Shown in pieces: positions 8,022 through 14,367 of a stretch of 14,367 nucleotides of DNA (the first letter of the stretch is position 1; the number at the start of each line of letters is the position of its first letter). The notes beneath the pieces were generated by a model. That model ran no database searches. It worked only from the letters and a program-made list of their open reading frames with translations, and was not told the origin of the DNA. The position numbers and the translations under genes are program-made. Source of the DNA: a candidate division WOR-3 bacterium (GTDB taxonomy: Bacteria > Hydrothermota > Hydrothermia > B15-G9 > WFZT01); NCBI GenBank assembly GCA_027053075.1, contig JALUEE010000050.1, positions 1-14,367 of the forward strand, given 5' to 3'.

Positions 8022-8567
8022 ATGAAATGGAAACTGTCTCTCCTTCTCCTCCTCATAGGTGGTGTGGCATTTGCCGGCTATTCTGAGTTTTACAGAAATG
8101 CCGGTGATTTTCTCAACACCATCGGAGGAAATTTCAAATACGAGGTAACTCCAACAGGGCTGAAAGCGATGCTCGCAAGCGGCTCGAACGGTATCCTCAT
8201 TATCGATCTGAGACCTGCATCGCAGTACAAAAAAGGGCACATACCGGGAGCGATAAATATTCCTTACCGTGAACTCTTTTCACCCCAGTACATAAACAAC
8301 CTGCCGAAGGACAAGAAGATCATCATTTACTGCCCCGACGAATCCATATCACCCTACATCCTGGCCCTGCTAAGGGCAGCCGGATACGATGCCTGGCAGC
8401 TCAAGGGAGGCTACAGGGCCTGGCTGCATGGTGGTGCAGTAGCAAAAGCACCTGCCGCACCACCTCAAATCAAGAAGACAGAGAGGAAACAACCTGTAAA
8501 GGTACAGGTGCAGCAGCCGGAAGAAGAACCCGAAGATGAGGGAGAAGGAGAGGAAGAGGGCTGTTAA
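8022..8567 (+). CDS. Exported single-domain rhodanese with acidic EEEGC tail
   Basis: IIDLR...Y.KGHIPGAINIP, IIIYC, LKGGY.AW. Signal peptide MKWKLSLLLLLIGGVAFA. Start set at 8022 after SD GGAGGT. Confidence 0.88.
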   Translation: MKWKLSLLLLLIGGVAFAGYSEFYRNAGDFLNTIGGNFKYEVTPTGLKAMLASGSNGILIIDLRPASQYKKGHIPGAINIPYRELFSPQYINNLPKDKKIIIYCPDESISPYILALLRAAGYDAWQLKGGYRAWLHGGAVAKAPAAPPQIKKTERKQPVKVQVQQPEEEPEDEGEGEEEGC

Positions 8568-8581
8568 AAGGAGGTAAAACC

Positions 8582-9526
8582 ATGCGTAAGCTAAAATATG
8601 TAGCGTTGATTGGTGTTTTCATGGTCGTGTCTCTTGTTAGGGCACAGACCATACCACCAACCCATATAGTCACCACCGAATGGCTCGCAAAGTACATCAA
8701 CAACCCCAACATCGTGCTAATTGATGTTCGCTCGCAGTCAAGGTATCTCAGGGGTCATCTGCCCGGTGCCGTGAATATTGACTGGAAAGACTTCACAGAT
8801 GATAGAAATGGTATTCCAAGATTCCTGCCCACTCCAGCGAGATTTGAGGAGCTAATGCGTTATGCGGGAGTGAATAACAATTCAATTGTGATTGTTTACG
8901 CCAGCACAAAAGGAACACCAAAGCGGGCAAACGACGCCTCACGCGTTCTCTGGACCATGTACTACTTTGGTATGGACAACATTGCCATTCTTGATGGTGG
9001 AATCACAAAGTGGCTTGACGAGGGACGTCCCATCGAGAAAGGACTTGTAATGAAGAAGAGAGGCACATTCAAAATCACAAAGGTAAGAAGAAACGTCCTA
9101 ACAGTATTCGATGACATACTCGTTGCAAGATACACGGGGCTTCAAATCGTTGATATTCGTCCACCCTGGATGTATATGGGAGAAACAAAAGATGCAAAAG
9201 CTGCAAGGTACGGGCATATTCCCGGTGCTTACAACTACTTTATCGGCAAGATATACAGGAAAGTTGGACATGCCTACTGCTTCCCGACAAAAGATGCGGC
9301 CCTGAAGCTTGCCCAGAAGGTTGGTCTGGACCTCAATAAGCCTATGGCAGTTTACTGTAATGCAGGCCACTGCGGGGCAGGTGGATGGATTATCCTGAAG
9401 TTTATTGCAGGTGCGAAAGACGTTTCGGTTTATGACGGCTCACTCTATGAATACACGAGGATGCCCGTAAATATGAAGCTTGGACCTGCAAGAGGAACAC
9501 TCTGGGAGATTGATAGATTGAAATAA
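8582..9526 (+). CDS. Exported tandem-domain rhodanese/sulfurtransferase (SseA/YnjE-like)
   Basis: IVTTEWL, LIDVR, GHLPGAVNIDW, ILDGG..KW, GHIPGA, active-site VYCNAGHC, VYDGSL.EY. Signal peptide ending VRA. Confidence 0.9.
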   Translation: MRKLKYVALIGVFMVVSLVRAQTIPPTHIVTTEWLAKYINNPNIVLIDVRSQSRYLRGHLPGAVNIDWKDFTDDRNGIPRFLPTPARFEELMRYAGVNNNSIVIVYASTKGTPKRANDASRVLWTMYYFGMDNIAILDGGITKWLDEGRPIEKGLVMKKRGTFKITKVRRNVLTVFDDILVARYTGLQIVDIRPPWMYMGETKDAKAARYGHIPGAYNYFIGKIYRKVGHAYCFPTKDAALKLAQKVGLDLNKPMAVYCNAGHCGAGGWIILKFIAGAKDVSVYDGSLYEYTRMPVNMKLGPARGTLWEIDRLK

Positions 9527-9533
9527 AAGGCCA

Positions 9534-9578
9534 GGGTGGGAGGGGGCTTCGCCCAAAGGGCGAAGCCCCCTCCCACCC
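9534..9578. other. Perfect 21-bp intergenic hairpin (3-nt loop)
   Basis: GGGTGGGAGGGGGCTTCGCCC-AAA-GGGCGAAGCCCCCTCCCACCC. No U-tract; followed by the SD of the next gene. Confidence 0.85.
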
Positions 9579-9607
9579 CGAGAAACCTTTAAAAGGAGGT
9601 AAAAGCC

Positions 9608-10048
9608 ATGAGGTTACACAACAAACTAATTGCAATAGCAATGCTGGGATTCCTTGTGACCGGCCTTAACGCACAGGTGAAATCTCCAAAGAAGCTCGCA
9701 GAAGAGTACTGGCCATCTGTCCACTGGGTGACTCCACAGCAAGCCTACAAGATGATGAAGACCACCCCAAACCTGGTGGTGATCGATATAAGAGAGAGTG
9801 GTGAATACATGCTCGGTCACCTACCAGGCGCCATATTCATTCCACGTGGATTTCTCGAATTCAGGATCGGATTCATTACCAAGGACGCAAATAGGCCGAT
9901 AATTGTGTACTGCCGTAGTGGTCACAGAGCAACTTTCGCGTACGAGCAACTGGTAAGAATGGGCTATAAAAAGGTCTACAACTTGAAGGGTGGGTTCCTG
10001 GGCTGGAAGAAGGCCGGACTGCCCATAAGCAGAAAGCCCAACGGCTGA
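9608..10048 (+). CDS. Exported single-domain rhodanese (PspE/Sud-like)
   Basis: VIDIRE..EY..GHLPGA, VYCRSGHRA, VYNLKGGF.GW...GLP. Signal peptide ending LNA. SD AAGGAGGT. Confidence 0.92.
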   Translation: MRLHNKLIAIAMLGFLVTGLNAQVKSPKKLAEEYWPSVHWVTPQQAYKMMKTTPNLVVIDIRESGEYMLGHLPGAIFIPRGFLEFRIGFITKDANRPIIVYCRSGHRATFAYEQLVRMGYKKVYNLKGGFLGWKKAGLPISRKPNG

Positions 10049-10054
10049 ATTGGA

Positions 10055-10099
10055 GTTGGGGGTGGGGTGGGCGCCGAAGGCGCCCACCCCACCCCCAAC
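10055..10099. other. Perfect 21-bp intergenic hairpin (3-nt loop)
   Basis: GTTGGGGGTGGGGTGGGCGCC-GAA-GGCGCCCACCCCACCCCCAAC. No U-tract. Confidence 0.85.
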
Positions 10100-10120
10100 C
10101 ACGGAAAGGAGGTTATTCCT

Positions 10121-10636
10121 ATGTTCGATGAAGAAAAAAATCTGAATCCTTACATCGGAGGACTTTTGCTTGGCCTCGTTTTACTCGTTACTTTCGTCAT
10201 TTTTGGCCGTGGTCTCGGCGCTTCCGGGGCCGTGGATAGATTCTCCGCATTTATCATCAGTATTTTCGCTCCTAATTGGATTAAGGCCCATCCATACTGG
10301 CATAAATACTATGTTCATGGCCACACACCGCTAAATAACTTTCTCGTATTTCTCCTGATCGGTGTTTTCTTTGGAGGGCTCGTCACAGCCTATTTTCAGG
10401 GCAAGCTAAAGATAAAAGTTCAGCACGGTCCAAGAATTTCCAAAACTCAGAGGTATGTTATCGCATTCATAGGCGGAATGATTCTTGCTATAGCTACAAG
10501 GTTCTCCCGCGGCTGTACCAGCGGTCAGGCATTGACAGGTGGTGCTGAGCTTGCCGTTGGCAGCTGGATTTTCATGATTGCATTTTTCATTTCGGGACCC
10601 ATTACAGCTCTCTTTATTAAAAAATTCTGGAGGTAG
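10121..10636 (+). CDS. YeeE/YedE family sulfur transporter component (first)
   Basis: NPYIGG, GLGASG, 'R...GCTSGQALTG' Cys motif, multiple TMs. Start placed at ATG 10121 after SD AAGGAGG, not GTG 10067. Confidence 0.88.
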   Translation: MFDEEKNLNPYIGGLLLGLVLLVTFVIFGRGLGASGAVDRFSAFIISIFAPNWIKAHPYWHKYYVHGHTPLNNFLVFLLIGVFFGGLVTAYFQGKLKIKVQHGPRISKTQRYVIAFIGGMILAIATRFSRGCTSGQALTGGAELAVGSWIFMIAFFISGPITALFIKKFWR

Positions 10637-10641
10637 AAGAA

Positions 10642-11223
10642 ATGGCACCAATTCTAAAATTTTATCACGTACCGTTTTTCTGGTATTTTGTTCTGACCCT
10701 CATAACAGGCTTCTTTTTCGGGATTACCCTCGCAATTTCAGGATTCTACGACACTAAAAAACTCACCGGAGTGTTCTTTTTTGATGACATGGCCGTTCTC
10801 AAAGTCATGTTCTCTGCCATTGTAGTCGCAAGTATAGGCCTCTACCTTCTCGTGGACCTCGGAACACTTGATTTAACAAGGCTTTACATTCCCAAAACAT
10901 ACTGGATTTCGCAGCTTGTAGGAGGCTTGCTATTTGGTATTGGGTTTATGCTTTCCGGATACTGTCCGGGAACAAGCTTTGTATCCCTTGCCTATGGCAG
11001 TATAGATGCACTTTTCGTAATCCTTGGGATGATCTTTGGGATGTGGGTGTTTGGATTTGGATACAAACTCTGGAAGGGGCTTTATCTGGCTGGCTATCTT
11101 GGGAGAATTACCCTTGATAGATTGTTTGGAATGAACCGATGGATTATCATCGGGGCTGTGTTTGTTATCGCAGTCTTCGCTTTTATCCAGATTGAAATTT
11201 TTGAGCAAAAGAAGAAATCCTGA
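10642..11223 (+). CDS. YeeE/YedE family sulfur transporter component (second)
   Basis: G..FG..L..SG, 'VLKVMFSAI', 'GGLLFGIGF.LSGYCPGT' Cys motif, multiple TMs. Confidence 0.88.
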   Translation: MAPILKFYHVPFFWYFVLTLITGFFFGITLAISGFYDTKKLTGVFFFDDMAVLKVMFSAIVVASIGLYLLVDLGTLDLTRLYIPKTYWISQLVGGLLFGIGFMLSGYCPGTSFVSLAYGSIDALFVILGMIFGMWVFGFGYKLWKGLYLAGYLGRITLDRLFGMNRWIIIGAVFVIAVFAFIQIEIFEQKKKS

Positions 11224-11234
11224 GAGGAAAATGC

Positions 11235-11262
11235 AGGAGGGGCCCGCCGATGGGCCTCCCTT
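11235..11262 (+). terminator. Possible weak terminator hairpin after the operon
   Basis: AGGAGGGGCCC-GCCGAT-GGGCCTCCCTT, an imperfect stem 11 nt after the stop. Poor U-tract. Confidence 0.35.
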
Positions 11263-11428
11263 GAACTTTCAACATGAACAACAAAAATCCGAATTTTACC
11301 GGGCAATGAGAGCCTGTTCAAAAATGGAGGCCTCCTTCTTAAACCGGAAAGTACGTCCGAGATTAAATTACGCCTGTGAAAAAATTCATTTTTATAGTCC
11401 ACATTTGCGAAACAACTGGATCTAAATT

Positions 11429-11503
11429 TGCCCTTTCCCACTTGCTTTGCAAGTGGGAAAGGGCATCGGGAGGGGGTATTCCGCTTGAAAATTAGAAATT
11501 CAA
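11429..11503. repeat. REP-like palindrome plus tail (uninterrupted equivalent of the MITE A target)
   Basis: 17-bp stem TGCCCTTTCCCACTTGC-TTT-GCAAGTGGGAAAGGGCA, then GGGGGTATTCCGCTTGAAA shared with 3468-3486. Confidence 0.75.
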
Positions 11504-11610
11504 GATAAAGACTATATGCCGCGCTGAGTTGAAAAGTAAGTTTTATCTGAGCGTGTTCGAAAAATTTCAAAACCTTTGAATTTTAATGAAAAATTTGCCC
11601 CCCACCTTAT

Positions 11611-11652
11611 TCCTCCCCCCACGCACTTCGTGCGTGGGGGGAGGATGGGAGG
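11611..11652. repeat. REP-like palindrome that is the target of MITE copy B
   Basis: 16-bp stem TCCTCCCCCCACGCAC-TTC-GTGCGTGGGGGGAGGA. Confidence 0.8.
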
Positions 11653-11867
11653 CTGATATCACCCATGTTTTTGCTTGTCATGTATACTTATACAATACAA
11701 TCTGGGCGAGAAATTCAATTTTTCGCAGTAAATCAACAATTTTACCTGAAGGATATATTCGTTTATACCGCATAAAGAGAGTGTTCAAATATTGAGCGTA
11801 GTACACCTTTTTGAAGACCTGGCAAGGGATAAGGTGTTATTATCCAGAAATTCGTGGGTGACGTCAG
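11653..11867 (-). mobile_element. MITE copy B (215 bp, diverged)
   Basis: Ends CTGATATCACCCATG / CGTGGGTGACGTCAG. 10-bp direct repeat GGATGGGAGG at 11643-11652 and 11868-11877. About 16 substitutions and 1 deletion versus copy C by manual count. Confidence 0.9.
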
Positions 11868-11952
11868 GGATGGGAGGGGGGAATTTCCGAACAAGCTCAT
11901 TTTATCTTTCAATTTATCCTGGAGATTTGGAATATTTAGCCCTTCTCTTATA

Positions 11953-11986
11953 TCCTTTCCCCGCAGGTATTTATGCGGGGAGAGGA
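11953..11986. repeat. REP-like palindrome
   Basis: TCCTTTCCCCGCA-8nt-TGCGGGGAGAGGA, near-identical to 2827-2861. Confidence 0.7.
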
Positions 11987-12043
11987 ATCGTTCGCGTTTG
12001 GCTGGATTAAATTTCCCTCGTAAAGGGTTTAAACTAATGCCCT

Positions 12044-13831
12044 ATGTGGGCTATTCTCCTCGCAGTTTCTATAATACTCAGTCTGTGGGTCTACAGGGGT
12101 GCATTTAAGCGAGCCTGGTATCTTGTGTTACTACGTACACTATCGCTATTCCTGCTACTTTTGGTAGCCCTCTCCCCCATCTTCCATAGAAAAAAGGTCG
12201 TGCCCACGGAGGTTGATGTCCTTATCGATAAATCGGGAAGCATGGGCTACCCCGATAAGGCCAAATTTCTAAAAGCTACCCTGGAAGACCTTAAAAATCT
12301 CTCATACAGCGGAATTTCTCTGAGTTTTTTCAGTTTTGACACAACTTTTGATCGAGGCATAAATTTGGACTTTGGGGGCAAAACAAACATTGGGCTTGCC
12401 ATAGATTCGGCAAAATCAAGGTTTATTGTGCTCCTCTCAGACGGTTTGAATAATCGGGGAAGTTTTCCGTCCGTTAAGGGCAAGAAAGTATTGGCCTTTC
12501 CTCCACCAACCTCAAAGGCTCTCATAAAGGAATTTTCCTTCAAGCCTGTGATCGTCGAGGGTGTATCAGATACAATAAGGGTAACCTCCGCCGTCACAGG
12601 GAAAATCGAAATTTATGAAGGTGGTAAGGCTATTTATTCCGGGAAGGTAGCAAAAAATAAACCAGCCGAAATTATTTTAAATCTGAAAACCCCAGGATTT
12701 CATACCCTGCAGATGAAGATTAATGGGAAGATCGCCCGAAAATTTACCGTCAGGGTTATCAAAAGGGGGAAGCGTGTCTTGATTTACGCTTCACATCCTG
12801 ACGTGAACATCAGATTCTTGAGGATGTATATCGAATATGCAGGGAACATTTCGCCAGATTTTGTTGTAAAAACAAAAAAAGGTACACGAGAATACAGGCC
12901 AGACACGGTAATAGACCTAAAAAGTTTTGAGCCTTCCGGGTACGATTTCTACATAATGATCGACCCCTCAATTGACATGATTAAGCCCCTGGAACATGGG
13001 GAAAAAGGACTTGTAATCTTCACAAGGACTCCAGTGGTATTGCCCGAGCTACTTGGCGGTCAGTACCTGCCTTCAAAAATGACCGGGGAACTTTATCCAC
13101 ACTGGAGGGACACCATACTTGCCCCGGTAGGCTATATTTGGGTTCTCAATCGCTATCCACCTGAATCAGAGACCCCGGTCTTTATTAAAGTTGCTAATAG
13201 AAACGTGCCACTTTTGTTTCTAACCGGGCGCCTTGCCTTCCTCATGTCTGGAGACTTCTTCAAGGAGGCACTTTTTGACTTTAAAACCTTTTCGAGGATA
13301 CTCGACCTCGTGTTCTCAAGGCTGATCCCTGAAGGTAGCTTTTTTGTTGAAACACCCTCGAGGCAGTTTGAAAAGGGAGAAAAAATCCCTCTGGTAGCAT
13401 ATGCTTTTGATAAGTTTGGCAACGCTGTGGATACTCTATTCCCATTTGTCAAAATCGGGGATAGAAAGTATCCAATGAATTACGTCGGAAATGGAAAGTA
13501 TGTAACTTCGATAGCAGCAAAAGATACTGGAAAGGTCAAGGCAAGTGTAGTTTTTAAAGGCCCCGGGGGATTTGTTAAAGAAGAGAGGATAACCTTTAGG
13601 ATTCGCTCGATCAGCGAGGAGAAACCCACACCAGAGGTTGACCTGGCATTTTTAAGGTCAATTGGAGAAGTCGTGACATCAAAGAAGGCACTTCACCAAT
13701 TCCTGAAATCTATCAAGCCTACCACTGTAAGAGAGAAAATCAATCTCAGGGACTACCTAGCCCTTATCCTGCTTGCATTTGCACTTCTTGGAGTTGAATG
13801 GTTCCTTCGAAGGTCAAACGGGGTTGTGTAA
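12044..13831 (+). CDS. Membrane-anchored vWA-domain protein
   Basis: Two N-terminal hydrophobic segments; MIDAS-like IDKSGSM...TNIG.AI...LLSDG; C-terminal TM ending 'LLGVEWFLRR'. Confidence 0.8.
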   Translation: MWAILLAVSIILSLWVYRGAFKRAWYLVLLRTLSLFLLLLVALSPIFHRKKVVPTEVDVLIDKSGSMGYPDKAKFLKATLEDLKNLSYSGISLSFFSFDTTFDRGINLDFGGKTNIGLAIDSAKSRFIVLLSDGLNNRGSFPSVKGKKVLAFPPPTSKALIKEFSFKPVIVEGVSDTIRVTSAVTGKIEIYEGGKAIYSGKVAKNKPAEIILNLKTPGFHTLQMKINGKIARKFTVRVIKRGKRVLIYASHPDVNIRFLRMYIEYAGNISPDFVVKTKKGTREYRPDTVIDLKSFEPSGYDFYIMIDPSIDMIKPLEHGEKGLVIFTRTPVVLPELLGGQYLPSKMTGELYPHWRDTILAPVGYIWVLNRYPPESETPVFIKVANRNVPLLFLTGRLAFLMSGDFFKEALFDFKTFSRILDLVFSRLIPEGSFFVETPSRQFEKGEKIPLVAYAFDKFGNAVDTLFPFVKIGDRKYPMNYVGNGKYVTSIAAKDTGKVKASVVFKGPGGFVKEERITFRIRSISEEKPTPEVDLAFLRSIGEVVTSKKALHQFLKSIKPTTVREKINLRDYLALILLAFALLGVEWFLRRSNGVV

Positions 13832-13975
13832 TTCTTATATCAATATTGATTGAATATTGACCTTATGAATATCCAGTCAATTACACAAATATTTCCTGTG
13901 AGGAGTTCGCGTTTAAGTTTAATCGAAGGACGATTTAAAATAGTGTTGGAAATATCCCCATTCTCCCCTTAACCC

Positions 13976-14191
13976 CTGACATCACCCATGTTTTTGCTTT
14001 TCATGTATATTTATACAACGCAATCTGGGCGGGAAATTCAATTTTTCGCACTAAATCAACAATTTTTACCGGAAGGATATATTCGTTTATACCGTATAAA
14101 GAGAGTGTTCAAATATTGAGCGTAGTACACCTTTTTGTAGTTGTGGTAAGGGATGAGGTGTTATTTTCCAGAAATTCGTGGGTGACGTCAG
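13976..14191 (-). mobile_element. MITE copy C (216 bp)
   Basis: Ends CTGACATCACCCATG / CGTGGGTGACGTCAG. 10-bp direct repeat CCCTTAACCC at 13966-13975 and 14192-14201. Confidence 0.92.
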
Positions 14192-14367
14192 CCCTTAACC
14201 CCTCCTCCTCCTATAATGTTTGTTGTTATTTATTATGGTGATCACTCACAATATAGAGAAAAACTTTAGAGGAGGTGGAATGAGTGGTTTTTAGATCTTT
14301 CCCCTCCTTGGGGCTTGACCCCGGTAGGAAGATTGGTCCCTCCACCTGGGGTATAAGCCTGGATTGT

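Noticed and set aside
10067..10120. GTG start giving an N-terminal extension of YeeE
   Set aside because: The GTG is buried in a 21-bp hairpin; the strong SD points to ATG 10121.
3242..11867. Composite transposon: inverted MITE copies A and B flanking the sulfur operon
   Set aside because: Each MITE has its own intact, different 10-bp TSD, the outer flanks do not match, and B is clearly more diverged. These are independent insertions.
11094..12108. Several 69-158 aa ORFs between the second yeeE and the vWA gene
   Set aside because: They overlap real genes, REP palindromes or the MITE, and have no recognisable protein features.
610..13452. Antisense and alternate-frame ORFs overlapping the main genes
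   Set aside because: Shadow ORFs of well-supported coding sequences, with no independent motifs.
14268..14367. Mini-ORF after GGAGG (MSGF*) or 3' end of a minus-strand gene
   Set aside because: Too short to support; the reading frame cannot be determined at the window edge.

Overview
Bacterial window, probably from an anaerobe with an extracytoplasmic compartment. From left to right it holds: the end of a probable IS3/IS481-like element; glnA translationally coupled to a BtuF-like binding protein with no signal peptide; and a ~7.5 kb sulfur-respiration/trafficking operon. The operon encodes an ArsR regulator, a Tat-exported PsrA/PhsA-type molybdoenzyme, a 4x[4Fe-4S] subunit, a FdnI/PhsC-type diheme cytochrome b, three signal-peptide-bearing rhodaneses and two YeeE/YedE membrane proteins. 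A membrane-anchored vWA protein follows. Two observations stand out. (1) The molybdoenzyme and the first rhodanese both end in a Pro/Gln-rich linker plus an acidic EEEGC C-terminus, resembling a SoxY-like swinging-arm sulfur carrier. (2) Three copies of a ~216-bp non-coding MITE (CTGA...TCAG ends, 10-bp target duplications) sit at equivalent positions beside GC-rich REP-like palindromes. All calls come from manual reading; no database searches were run.
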